DNA from: Opitutia bacterium
GTDB taxonomy: Bacteria > Verrucomicrobiota > Verrucomicrobiia > Opitutales > Opitutaceae
NCBI GenBank assembly: GCA_947478395.1
Contig: CANJVR010000002.1
Coordinates: 576,001-640,000 of the forward strand
Reading direction: 5' to 3'
DNA length: 64,000 nt
The notes beneath the pieces were generated by a model. The model was not told the origin of the DNA. It did no database searches and saw only the letters and a list, made by a program, of their open reading frames with translations. Shown here piece after piece: positions 30,601-40,034 of the stretch. Every line of letters begins with the position of its first letter. Within the stretch, counting starts at the first letter, position 1. Made by a program: the position numbers and the translations under genes.

Positions 30601-31453
30601 CCTGGACGCGTTGATTGAGCCGGCTGCGCTGGAGCTTCTTTTCGTCGAGCGCAGCTTCTTCCGTTTCGCGATGGGCACGGCGGGAGTCGGCCTCGGCGCG
30701 CAGCGCGGCGACTTTGCTTTCGAGGGCGCCGAGCGTGGCGGTGAGTTGCGTGTGGTGAAACCCGCTCCACGCCAGACTGAGATGGCGGAGGCGGTGGTTA
30801 ATGCGTTTGTAGCGCATGGCCTTGGCGGCCTGGCGGCGCAGGCTGCCGATCTGGCGGCTCACTTCGCCGACCACGTCGGCCACACGCGCGAGATTCTGAT
30901 CGGTCAACGCAAGTTTTCCGAGCGCTTCGCGGCGCTGGCTTTTATACTTCGTGATACCAGCCGCTTCCTCGAATACCGCGCGACGCTCCTCGGGTTTCGA
31001 GGAAAGGATCTGGTCGATCTGACCCTGCGCCATGATCGAGTAGCTCGTCCGGCCCACCCCGGTGTCCATGAACAGTTTTTGAATATCCTTCAACCGGCAG
31101 GCCTGCCCGTTGAACGCGTACTCGCTCTGGCCGTCGCGGTACACCCGCCGCGTGATTTCGATTTCGTGAAACTCGCTGCCAAGCTGGGCTTCGCACTCGG
31201 TCAAAAGCAGCGACACCTCGCACATCTGGGCCGGCTTGCGCGTGTCCGCGCCCTCGAAGATCACGTCCTGCATTTTTCCACCGCGCAGGGCCTTGGCGCT
31301 CTGTTCGCCCAGCACCCAGCGGATCGCGTCGGCAATGTTGGATTTGCCGCAGCCATTGGGGCCGACGACCGCGGTGACCCCGGGCTCGAAACGAAGCGTG
31401 GAAGGATCGGCGAAGGACTTGAACCCGTGCAATTTTAGGGCCTTGAGATACAT
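27653..31453 (-). CDS. smc: Chromosome segregation protein SMC
   Basis: GFKSFAD, GPNGCGKSN, long coiled coils, hinge, LSGGQK, LDELDAPLD, IITHNK. Confidence 0.97.
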   Translation of the reverse strand: MYLKALKLHGFKSFADPSTLRFEPGVTAVVGPNGCGKSNIADAIRWVLGEQSAKALRGGKMQDVIFEGADTRKPAQMCEVSLLLTECEAQLGSEFHEIEITRRVYRDGQSEYAFNGQACRLKDIQKLFMDTGVGRTSYSIMAQGQIDQILSSKPEERRAVFEEAAGITKYKSQRREALGKLALTDQNLARVADVVGEVSRQIGSLRRQAAKAMRYKRINHRLRHLSLAWSGFHHTQLTATLGALESKVAALRAEADSRRAHRETEEAALDEKKLQRSRLNQRVQDAQQAVYDVRSQKEAAENAANLATIRRNGIEDRLGSSRANLGELEMQLREVAAQVDSGAQDKQMQLGLLGSSDAVFQQRNRDQTVVEGELTHLEQEMQQLKFQLLQFESTVARLRTDCSGYEVDQKTSAHRHEALAQALEGVRQEQTGAAQVAAELDVRAEESLAEKSRANNESAAAQQAITDLTHEFREAQRKLSEIDRQLAQRAARLKLLQQLQERWEGFGEGAKAVLQGRLDGALAGAKAWPITHGLEVKPEFGKAIEAILGAAAEAISVTDLGTAQRILAQLEGEQIGSAILRVTDFGVRQEAAYELPAGLVPASVAVGSDESGHAALALFGSCYIADDLGAFLEFWRANPGFAFLAVATRKGDLVDRRGLIYGGHHGAKKSSNSIVQREIDLRETARALAEEQKAHDEQKSVIDAINTRLAEAEQTIERCRADVLTATQTLAAVQAEQRNAQKNVDDVANRLRRMEGELVSLEHARNEAHARWEKAQAGLTVAETAAAEQRERIAQCERRIGELRTERDVKRDSLAQARLELAERRQKVEVLDRGLGEMERRRQQLGELLVQRQQEIETWTEQVGELAVDSDTQRSRSIQLAETLVVAQEQVEKIRGELAALEIEINRLESAQHSLRAESESATGQLATNEIKLAGDRQRALFIAEEVTREFQADIASLDWKLLLWRSDDEPEGVQPLDLDEEDDETENKTEAAGEDASAVKRRRKPKGPKPEPTAEDLAALDSTQWDGTKAEIDALRARLNGMGAVNLVAIEEYAELKQRHDFLRAQVDDLTNAKTELIKAIDEINQTSQQQFAVTFEQIKKNFEYTFQTLFGGGRAALELILTDDILESGIEIVAQPPGTKLKSITLLSGGQKTLTAVALLFALYMVKPSPFCLLDELDAPLDESNIGRFTELLKKFVGESQFIIITHNKRTVSAASAIYGVTMEERGVSRTVSMKFNPERGEPEVYSQNIAEAVTGARPSAASV

Positions 31454-31629
31454 GAAAGAGTCATTGTGTGCGGCCGGCGCGAACGCGGGCAAACGGAAAA
31501 ATTTGCGCCAGGCAACGTCTGCAAATTGGGTTTTGCCAGGTCAGCTCGCTCGCGAGTGCTCCGAAGCCCCCGCCGTGGGCTGGCTTAGAGCCCGCGCCTC
31601 ATCCATCCAAGCGAATTTAACCACGCGCG

Positions 31630-33183
31630 TCAGTGCGCGGCGCCCGGACGCAGCCCGCGCACCAGATAATAGCTACACGTCCAGCTGTTGTAGGTGTGGA
31701 GGGTGCAACCCGGGACATCGGCAAACTTGCTCGGGTCTACCGCTATCAGCTCAGCTTCGAAGCGTTCGCGGAAAATCGAGCTCATATGCGCCGTCCATTC
31801 GTCGTGATAGTTGATCTGGCAAAGCAGGATCGGCGCGCCCCCCGCTTTAAAATGCGCCGCCATTCGTTCGATCGGCTCGGAGTTCATCAACGCTTCCGCC
31901 CACCACGCGGCGCCGGGAAACCGCGCCTTGATGTCGGCTTCGAACGCCTCGTGCTGCACCGCGCCCCGTTGCGAAAATTCGATCCACAACAACCGCCGGG
32001 TGAGCTCCGCGGGACGGGCGACCATCGCCAGGCCCAAACCGATTGCCACCCACGTGACGGCTTGTGGCCGGTACCGGCCGACGCCTTCGATGAGGGCGGC
32101 CGCGCCCATCCCGGCGAGCACGAAAAAAAGCGGAAGCACGTGGCTGAGGTTGCGCTCAAAGAAGACCGACCTCGTCGCAAAATAGCCGGCGAAAAGTACC
32201 ACCGGCCCAGCGAGCACCAACCATTCCGACCACTTGCGTCGCACGAGCAAGATCGCGGCGCCGCCGAGTCCCGCCAACACGGTTGGCCAACCGAGCGTTG
32301 AGCGGAAATATCCCGCCATCATGTCGGCCACGGGCCCGCCCGCCCAATGACTGTAAGGTGGGTGCAGCCCCGCGTACTGATGGGTGAGGCGCTCGACTCC
32401 GTTCCAGAAGGCCGCGGGGTGCAGCACGGCCCCCGGCGCACCCAAGCAAAATCCCAGGCTCGCGCCACCGAGGGTCGCCAGCCCGGCCCAAGCGGCGCGC
32501 GCTCCGAACTTTCCCGGCGGCCCATCGCCGAACGTCGCCGCTACGGACACGAGCGGGAGCCAGATCAGGGCCAACATCGAGATTTTGCAGGCCACGAGCA
32601 CGCCCACGAGCACGGCGGCTCCGAAGATTTCAGCGAAGCGCAGCTGCCGCCGCGTTGGCAGACATAAACTCACAGCCGCGAGCGTGAGGACGGTCACAAA
32701 GGACTCCGCCCTCATGTAGTGGGCGTCCTGGATCATCAAGAGCGAGAAAACCATGGGTATCGCGGCCATCCACGCCGCAAGTTCACCCCCCACCCGCCGG
32801 GCCAGACGCCACGTTTGCCAGACGGCAACCGTGGCCAGCAGCACGGAGAAAAAGCGGTAAACCCAAAAACCCTCGTTGAGCGAACGCCAGTCCGCGAGGC
32901 CCGGGATCAGTTTTACGCAACGATAGAAAAAATAGGTAGCGTAGAGGTGGGACGAAAAATTGTACTGATCGTAGCGCAGTCCCGGCTCGAGATTGGCCTT
33001 GGCCCAATTGGTGTCCAAGTCCCCCGTGCGGCGCATGGCGTTGACGACTTCAAACGTGATCGTCTCATCCGGGTGCCCGTAGTTTTCGTGGTAATAAGCC
33101 GCGCGCAGAAAAAATCCGATCGCGACAAGCAGCAACGGCGCCCACCAGCTTCGCAGCTTAAAAATCTTCGGGGAGAATATCAC
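31630..33183 (-). CDS. GT-C fold membrane glycosyltransferase (ArnT/PMT-like)
   Basis: HPDE motif after TM1, ~10 TM segments, RFFSVLL, ERNLSHVLP. Start uncertain. Confidence 0.75.
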   Translation of the reverse strand: MIFSPKIFKLRSWWAPLLLVAIGFFLRAAYYHENYGHPDETITFEVVNAMRRTGDLDTNWAKANLEPGLRYDQYNFSSHLYATYFFYRCVKLIPGLADWRSLNEGFWVYRFFSVLLATVAVWQTWRLARRVGGELAAWMAAIPMVFSLLMIQDAHYMRAESFVTVLTLAAVSLCLPTRRQLRFAEIFGAAVLVGVLVACKISMLALIWLPLVSVAATFGDGPPGKFGARAAWAGLATLGGASLGFCLGAPGAVLHPAAFWNGVERLTHQYAGLHPPYSHWAGGPVADMMAGYFRSTLGWPTVLAGLGGAAILLVRRKWSEWLVLAGPVVLFAGYFATRSVFFERNLSHVLPLFFVLAGMGAAALIEGVGRYRPQAVTWVAIGLGLAMVARPAELTRRLLWIEFSQRGAVQHEAFEADIKARFPGAAWWAEALMNSEPIERMAAHFKAGGAPILLCQINYHDEWTAHMSSIFRERFEAELIAVDPSKFADVPGCTLHTYNSWTCSYYLVRGLRPGAAH

Positions 33184-33311
33184 GCGTCGAATCGCGAGTC
33201 CCCCCGCTTGCGGCAAGGGTAGCAACCCGAAAAAGATATTTAGTACCGCGAACGCTGCCGGCCTGCGACTCAGCGCAGACGTTATAACCGACCGGCGCCT
33301 TAGGACCCGGC

Positions 33312-34748
33312 CTACTTATGATCCCAGGGTAACTTCACGTCCATGCGGGCGTGCTTCCAGACTTCGAACACCTCGAACATTTTCCCCGGATTGAAGATCC
33401 CGTTTGGATCGAGCGCGTGCTTCACCGCCTGCATGGCCTTCACCTGCGCTGGCGAATGCTGTAGCCGCAAGAACGGCGTCTTCGCGAGCCCGATACCGTG
33501 CTCGCCCGAGATCGCTCCGCCGAGCGCCACCACCGTCTCCATCAATTTCTGCACCGCCTTTTCCGCCGCGCGGACCTCGATCGGGTTCGCTTTGTGATAC
33601 ATGATGTTCACGTGAAGATTTCCGTCGCCGAGATGCCCAAACGTCGGAATCGAAAGCTTCGATTCTTTCCGCAATGCCTCCAGAAAACGCGCGAATTTTT
33701 CGTAGTTCCGCAGCGGCACCACGATGTCTTCGTTCAACTTCGCGTCGCCCAGTTCAAACATCGCGCCTGAACATTTCCGGCGAACCGTCCAGAGCGCCTC
33801 GGCTTCATCGCGATTTTTAGCCGCCCGGTGCGCCAGCGCATGCTTCGCCGCCCAGGCCAGCACGGTTTTTTTCACCTCGCGCACTTCACTCGCCGCTCCG
33901 GCGAGTTCGATCAACAGCACCGGCCGCCCCGGCTGTCCTTCAAAAATCGTCACGCCCGTCGCCCGCTCCGCACACTGCACGGAATATCGATCGAGAAATT
34001 CACAGATCGCCGGCTGCACCCGCTCGCGAAAGAGCGCGCGCACCGCGCGAAACGCATCGGGCTCCGTCTTGAATGCCGCCAGCAACGTCCAGCGCGCCGC
34101 CGGCAAAGGAATCAGTTTCAACGTCGCGGCCGTCACCAGCCCGAGCATCCCTTCGCTCCCGATCCATAGGTCGCGCAAATTGAAACCCGACGAGAATTTT
34201 TTTGTCGGCGTGCCCCACTTCACGAATTCGCCGGTCGGCAAAAAGCCTTCAAGCGCCAACACAAAATCCCGCGTCACCCCGTACTTGCCGCCGTGCATGC
34301 CGCCGGCGTTGCACGCGATGTTGCCGCCGATCGTGCAGTACTCGCGCGATGAGGGATCAGGCGGATAAAACCAACCCACGGCTTCCGTCGCCCGCTGGAT
34401 ATCGGCGACTTTCGCGCCCGCCTGCACGTGTGCCATGCCGGCTTCCGCGTCGACGGTGATTTTGTCCCAGCCGAGCATGTCGATCACCCAACCGCCCTGT
34501 CGCGGTGCTGCGGCACCCGTCAGGGTCGTTCCCCGTCCGCGCACCGTCACGGGAATTTTCCGCTCGTTGGCGAGGGCCAGCGCGATCGCAATATCTGCTT
34601 CTTGGCGCGGAAAAATGACGGCTTCCGGCATGAAGCGCAGTTTGCTGCTGTCGAACGAGGCCGCCGCGCAGGCCACGTCGTCGGTGCGCACGACTTTCTG
34701 GCCGAGCTTTCGTTGCAACTGCGCCGTGGCTTCCGCAAATGACTTCAT
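33312..34748 (-). CDS. FAD-linked oxidase, GlcD/D-lactate dehydrogenase family
   Basis: RGRGT, YPPDPSS, IGGNIACNAGG, KYGVTRD, GSEGMLG, GHLGDGNLH, SGEHGIG. Confidence 0.93.
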   Translation of the reverse strand: MKSFAEATAQLQRKLGQKVVRTDDVACAAASFDSSKLRFMPEAVIFPRQEADIAIALALANERKIPVTVRGRGTTLTGAAAPRQGGWVIDMLGWDKITVDAEAGMAHVQAGAKVADIQRATEAVGWFYPPDPSSREYCTIGGNIACNAGGMHGGKYGVTRDFVLALEGFLPTGEFVKWGTPTKKFSSGFNLRDLWIGSEGMLGLVTAATLKLIPLPAARWTLLAAFKTEPDAFRAVRALFRERVQPAICEFLDRYSVQCAERATGVTIFEGQPGRPVLLIELAGAASEVREVKKTVLAWAAKHALAHRAAKNRDEAEALWTVRRKCSGAMFELGDAKLNEDIVVPLRNYEKFARFLEALRKESKLSIPTFGHLGDGNLHVNIMYHKANPIEVRAAEKAVQKLMETVVALGGAISGEHGIGLAKTPFLRLQHSPAQVKAMQAVKHALDPNGIFNPGKMFEVFEVWKHARMDVKLPWDHK

Positions 34749-35013
34749 CGCCCCCAGACAAAGCGGGCCCCGGGCTCGGGCAATACGATTCAGGGTCCCG
34801 GCCGATTCGCGCAACGTGGATTCGGAGACGCCGTCAGTACCATTTATAGTCAAGACGTGGAGGCTAAGTAACGTGGCGGTGCGACGACACTGAAGGCTGG
34901 TATCCGGACAAGGCCGCACTGCGATCTCCGGGCCCACGTCTCGCGGACACGCGTCCGCAACTTTTGCTTTCCCTCGGACGGCGATTGGCTCTTATCGTTT
35001 TCCTTCCTTTGCC

Positions 35014-35973
35014 ATGACCCGCGTTCTCCTCACGACCACTTCGTTCCAAGATACTCCCGGCATCCACCATGAGATGCTGGCGCAAACCGGATTCGAAATC
35101 GTGCGCGAACGCGGCCCGCTCCCCGAGAGCCGCATGCTCGAACTCGCCGGCCAGTTCGACGCCTACCTCTGCGGCGATGACGCCCTCACGCGCGCCGTTA
35201 TCCAAAAATCCCTACCGCGCCTCAAAGTCATTTCCAAGTACGGGATCGGGCTCGACAAGATCGACGTCCCGGCCGCCACCGACCTCAAAGTTCCCGTCCT
35301 CTTCACCCCCGGCGTCAATCACACCACGGTCGCCGAACACACGTTTTGCCTCCTGCTCGCCGCGGTGCGCAATCTGGTCGTCGAGGCCAATCACACCGCC
35401 GCCGGGCGTTGGACACGCATCACCGGCAACGAGGTCTGCGGCAAAACGCTCGCGATCGTCGGCTTCGGCCGCATCGGCAAGGAAGTCGCCATCCGCGCCA
35501 AAGCTTTTGGGCTGAATGTCATCGGCTATGGCAACTACTGGGACGAAGATTTCGCCCGCTGGTACGACATCAAGCGCGTGGAAAATTTCGACGACGTCCT
35601 CCGGCAGGCCGACATCATTTCGCTCCACACCAAACTCACGGCCGCCACGAAAGGCCTGATCAACGCAAAAAATTTCCCGCTCATCAAAAAGGGCGCCGTC
35701 ATCGTCAACACGGGCCGCGGCGAACTTGTCGAACTCGCCGCGCTCGTGGCCGCGTTGAAATCGAAACACCTACTGGCCTACGCCGCCGACGTGCTCGACC
35801 AGGAACCGCCGCCCGCCGATCACCCGCTGCTTGGCCTGCCCAACGTCATCATCACGCCGCACATCGGCTCGCGCACCCACGAGAGCGTCCAGCGCCAGGC
35901 CAGCTGCGCCGTCGAGAATCTGACCCGCTACCTCGCCGGAAAAACCCCGATCGCGCAGGCGAACCAAATCTGA
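35014..35973 (+). CDS. D-isomer-specific 2-hydroxyacid dehydrogenase (SerA-like, no ACT domain)
   Basis: GIGLDKID, VAEHT, GFGRIG, VNTGRG, DVLDQEP, TPHIGS. Confidence 0.9.
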   Translation: MTRVLLTTTSFQDTPGIHHEMLAQTGFEIVRERGPLPESRMLELAGQFDAYLCGDDALTRAVIQKSLPRLKVISKYGIGLDKIDVPAATDLKVPVLFTPGVNHTTVAEHTFCLLLAAVRNLVVEANHTAAGRWTRITGNEVCGKTLAIVGFGRIGKEVAIRAKAFGLNVIGYGNYWDEDFARWYDIKRVENFDDVLRQADIISLHTKLTAATKGLINAKNFPLIKKGAVIVNTGRGELVELAALVAALKSKHLLAYAADVLDQEPPPADHPLLGLPNVIITPHIGSRTHESVQRQASCAVENLTRYLAGKTPIAQANQI

Positions 35974-36013
35974 GCCCGGCCGCGCACGCCGCTTTCCACT
36001 GTTTTTCCGACTT

Positions 36014-36041
36014 AACTCGAAACCCGAAACTCAAAACCCAA
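36014..36041. repeat. Heptamer tandem repeat (AACYCRA x4)
   Basis: AACTCGA AACCCGA AACTCAA AACCCAA. Confidence 0.7.
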
Positions 36042-36073
36042 AACCTTCAAAAACGCGTTCCGCGTTTTCTCCC

Positions 36074-37171
36074 ATGTCCGAAATTTTCTACGTCGTCCCC
36101 GAATCACAGCACAACGCCCTGATTGCCGCCGCTTACCAGCATCGCGGTTTCCTCGCCGACGAAGCCGCCGAGGGTGCGCGCTTCTGCGCCGAGGCATCGC
36201 GCCACGGGATCCGCACGCACAACGGCCTCAAAGCTCTCCACCTCGATCATCTCTTCGGCTCCGGCTCGAAGGGCTGCGTGCCCGGCGCACAGATCGAAGT
36301 TAAACCGTCGAAGTTCGAAGCCGCAAAAATTTGGAACGCCAACAAAAAGCTCGGCCAGTCGACCGCCTATCGCGCCATGGACGAAGCCATGCGTCTCGCG
36401 GACAAATACGGCGTGGGCACGGTCTCGGTCGACAACGCCTTCCACTATCTCTGGGGCGGCGGCTACGTGATGGATGCCGCGAAGAAGGGCTACATCGCGT
36501 ACACGAATTGCACCGCGGCCCTCGCCGAAGTAGTCCCGTTCGGCGGAAAATTTCCCACGCTCGGCACCAATCCGCACTCGTGGGGTTTCCCGACGACCGC
36601 GGCCGTGGGCTATCCGATCGTGATCGACTGGGCCACGTCGGTTGTGGCGATGGGCCGGGTTCAACAACTCAAGCGCGAGGGCAAACAACTGCCGCCACTC
36701 GCCGCCGTGGACAAAGACGGCAATCCGACCATCGATCCGAATCTCGCCGCCTCGCTCCTGCCCTTCGGCGCCCACAAGGGCTACGGCCTCTCGCTCATCA
36801 ACGAGATCGTCGGCGGCTTCATCGGCGGCTCGCTCCCGACCATCCGCAACCGCTGGGACCAGGTCGGCGCCGGCGACAAGGGCACCTGCGTGTTCTTCTT
36901 CCAAGTTATCCACCCGGACGCCATCAGCAGCGGCGCCTTCGCCAAGGGCCGCAGCCAGTCGCAAAACGTGAAGGCCGTCATCGAAGACGTCCTCGGCCAC
37001 GGCAACGAGAAATCCATGCTCCCCGGCCAACTTGAAGCCGCGGCCGCGGCCCGCTCCGTGCAGAACGGTGGTCTGCTCTTCTCCGCAGCCGAGGTCGCCG
37101 CGTTCAACGAGATCGCGACCGAGTGCAGCCTGCCGCTCTGGAAACTCAGCGACCTCAAGGTCGCCGTCTAA
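36074..37171 (+). CDS. Ldh_2 family oxidoreductase
   Basis: GIRTHN, LGTNPHSW, IDWATS, AHKGYGLS. Confidence 0.9.
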   Translation: MSEIFYVVPESQHNALIAAAYQHRGFLADEAAEGARFCAEASRHGIRTHNGLKALHLDHLFGSGSKGCVPGAQIEVKPSKFEAAKIWNANKKLGQSTAYRAMDEAMRLADKYGVGTVSVDNAFHYLWGGGYVMDAAKKGYIAYTNCTAALAEVVPFGGKFPTLGTNPHSWGFPTTAAVGYPIVIDWATSVVAMGRVQQLKREGKQLPPLAAVDKDGNPTIDPNLAASLLPFGAHKGYGLSLINEIVGGFIGGSLPTIRNRWDQVGAGDKGTCVFFFQVIHPDAISSGAFAKGRSQSQNVKAVIEDVLGHGNEKSMLPGQLEAAAAARSVQNGGLLFSAAEVAAFNEIATECSLPLWKLSDLKVAV

Positions 37172-37317
37172 GCTCAACCGGAAGCATCCGCTTTCCCCCT
37201 CGCGCGCGCCACAGACTTTGCCGCCGCAAGCAAAGTCGCCGCTTCTCATTCAACCATCTCTTCAACTCCATTCCTGATTTTCTGCGTTCCAGATAAAAAT
37301 CTCTTTCTCGTCCGCCC

Positions 37318-38412
37318 ATGAGCCTCCAAATCAAACCCGCCAAGTCCTGCGCCTTTGACCAAATCTCCCTCGGCGAAGTCATGCTTCGTCTCGATCCCGG
37401 CGAGGGCCGCATTCGCACCGCCCGCGAATTCAAAGTCTGGGAAGGCGGCGGCGAATACAACACGTCGCGCGGCCTCCGCAAATGCTTCGGCTACAAAACC
37501 GCCGTCGTCACCGCGTTCGTTGACAACGAAATCGGGCACCTCGTCGAAGACTTCATCATGCAGGGCGGCGTCGCCACCGATTTCATCAAGTGGCGCGACG
37601 ACGACGGCATCGGCCGCACCGTCCGCAACGGCCTCAACTTCACCGAGCGCGGTTTCGGCGTTCGTGGCGCCGTCGGCAATCCCGACCGTGGCAACACCGC
37701 CGCCTCGCAACTCAAGCCCGGCGACATCGATTGGGATCACATTTTCGGCACCCTCGGCGTGCGCTGGTTCCACACCGGCGGCATCTTCGCCGCCCTCTCC
37801 TCCTCGACTGCGGAACTGACGGTCGAAGCCGTCAAGGCCGCCAACAAGCACGGTACCATCGTGTCCTACGATCTTAACTACCGTCCCTCGCTTTGGAAAA
37901 CCATCGGCGGCCTCAAAAAAGCCCAGGAGGTCAACCGCGAGATTGCCAAATATGTCGATGTCATGATCGGCAACGAAGAGGACTTCACCGCCTCCCTCGG
38001 CTTCGCCGTCAAGGGCGCGGAAAGCCTCGGCCACATCGAAACCGATGCGTTCAAGGCGATGATTGAAACCGCCGTGAAGGAATTCCCCAATTTCAAGGTG
38101 GCCGCCACCACGCTGCGCCACGTCATCACCGCGACGAAGAACGACTGGTCGGCCATCCTCTGGCACGCCGGAAAATTCCACGAGAGCCGCTCATACCCCG
38201 GCCTCGAAATCCTCGATCGCGTCGGCGGCGGCGACTCCTTCGCGTCCGGCGTGCAGTTCGGCTTCATGGAATTCAACGACGCCCAGAAGGCCGTCGAATA
38301 CGGCGCCGCCCACGGAGCGCTCGCCTCGACGACCCCCGGCGACACGTCCATGGCCACGCGCAAGGAAGTCGAGAAACAGATTTCCGGCGGCGGCGCCCGG
38401 GTCGTGCGGTAA
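37318..38412 (+). CDS. kdgK: 2-dehydro-3-deoxygluconokinase (PfkB family)
   Basis: LGEVMLRLDP, GGGEYN, SYDLNYRPSLW, GNEEDF, DRVGGGDSF. Confidence 0.85.
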   Translation: MSLQIKPAKSCAFDQISLGEVMLRLDPGEGRIRTAREFKVWEGGGEYNTSRGLRKCFGYKTAVVTAFVDNEIGHLVEDFIMQGGVATDFIKWRDDDGIGRTVRNGLNFTERGFGVRGAVGNPDRGNTAASQLKPGDIDWDHIFGTLGVRWFHTGGIFAALSSSTAELTVEAVKAANKHGTIVSYDLNYRPSLWKTIGGLKKAQEVNREIAKYVDVMIGNEEDFTASLGFAVKGAESLGHIETDAFKAMIETAVKEFPNFKVAATTLRHVITATKNDWSAILWHAGKFHESRSYPGLEILDRVGGGDSFASGVQFGFMEFNDAQKAVEYGAAHGALASTTPGDTSMATRKEVEKQISGGGARVVR

Positions 38413-38987
38413 CGCCGCGAACAGCCAGTTACGCGCACGGTCAGGGCCGAGAGGGCGGGCGGATTACCAGTCAATCCACCGCTACGACTCGGCCTCACCC
38501 CGCGAATCGCTACACCGGCGCGTGAGGAATAACGCGCCGCTTTCATCATCTGCGGGAAGGCTGCGCTTGAGAGGCGCGCCCCACCGTCGACAGAGCTCGC
38601 CGTGAACTGGAGTTTGCAATCTCAGAAGCCCTTCGCGCTCCCCGGGACCTCCCGGTACCACGCCACCTTAAAGCGCAAACTCATTTGAACCGCGGTATTC
38701 GCGAGCATCGGCATGAGTTCGATTTGGTAGCCAGGATGAGAGTAAATTCCGATCAGCCGATGCCACGGTCGGTCCCTCCGACCGGCCTGGGTCGAGCCAA
38801 CGGACTCAACCGCCTCGGGTCGGAGTAATGGTCCACTTTGTTTAAAAAAGGGCCCGCTAATCCTGCCTGACGCCGATCCGGTTGATCCCTGCAACCAAGC
38901 AATATTGCCTCACTCCCCTTTCGCCCCCCGCTTTTTCCATGACCAAGGTTAGCACCTTGTGCGCCCAAGTCCGTCGTGAAAATTCCC

Positions 38988-39584
38988 CTACGAGCAACAC
39001 TCGCGGGATCGGAGATAATCGACAATGCGGGCCACATTTTCAATGGGCGCTGTTTGATCAGTCTCCAGCACGATTTCAGGAAACTCCGGCGGCTCATAGG
39101 GAGAAGAAATTCCGGTAAACTCGGCGATTTCACCCCGGTCCGCCCGGGCGTATAGCCCTTTCGGATCGCGCCGGCGACAAACCTCAATTGGCGTCGCAAC
39201 GTAGACCTCGATAAACCGGCTCGGAATCACCGCGCGGCGCGCAGCCTCGCGGTCCGCACGAAACGGGGAGATGAGGGCCACGATCGCGATAAATCCGGCG
39301 TCGGCGGACGCCGCCGCCCACGCCGCTGCGCGGCGGACGTTCTCTGAACGATCGGCCGCGGAATAGCCGAGATCCGCACAAAGGCCGCGCCGAAGCTCGT
39401 CACCATCGATTCGAGCAATCCGCCGCCCGGCTTCCTCGAGCGCTCGCTCCAGCTCAACGGCAATCGTCGTTTTTCCAGATGCCGATAGCCCGGTGAGCCA
39501 GATGACCCACCCAGATTGCGCCCCATGCGCAGCAAGTTTTAGCGGTGCGCCAAGCCCAGCGGGTCCTCCTTGCGTTGTTTGCAT
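38988..39584 (-). CDS. cysC: Adenylyl-sulfate kinase
   Basis: WLTGLSASGKTT, DGDELR, DRSENVRR, LISPF, RDPKGLY, FTGISSPYEPP. Confidence 0.95.
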   Translation of the reverse strand: MQTTQGGPAGLGAPLKLAAHGAQSGWVIWLTGLSASGKTTIAVELERALEEAGRRIARIDGDELRRGLCADLGYSAADRSENVRRAAAWAAASADAGFIAIVALISPFRADREAARRAVIPSRFIEVYVATPIEVCRRRDPKGLYARADRGEIAEFTGISSPYEPPEFPEIVLETDQTAPIENVARIVDYLRSRECCS

Positions 39585-40034
39585 CAATAAAGCCGACAAG
39601 ACTCAGCAGTTCTGGCGCCGGATCAAGAAGTACAATTAAAACGGCCGCACTGATCGTTCCGAAGCGATCCGGGTTTCAGCAGACTAACACGATAATGCGA
39701 ATCCGGCGCAAAGCCGCGCCCTCAAAACAAGGCCGCGTCTGCCGTCACGCCCGACGAAAAACCGGTGAAAACATCGGGGGGCCCGCCAGGTGTCATTATT
39801 TTCCAGAAACGATGATCTTGTGGAAACCCGACCCAACGATTCGCGTCTTCGTAAAATCTTGACGACGATCGGACAGTAAAATGCTGTCAGTTCGTCCCCT
39901 TGGAATCAGACAATAATTTTCCTATCAAATCTGTGCATAAACCATTCGCTGACAGCGAGCTGCTCGTCGACTCGCCACTGTCGCTTCAAACCGAGTCGAT
40001 CGCGACTAGGTCGGTCCACCGCGCAGCTAAGAAC

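Noticed and set aside
38622..38894. 90-aa ORF downstream of cysC
   Set aside because: No motifs, weak start and atypical composition.
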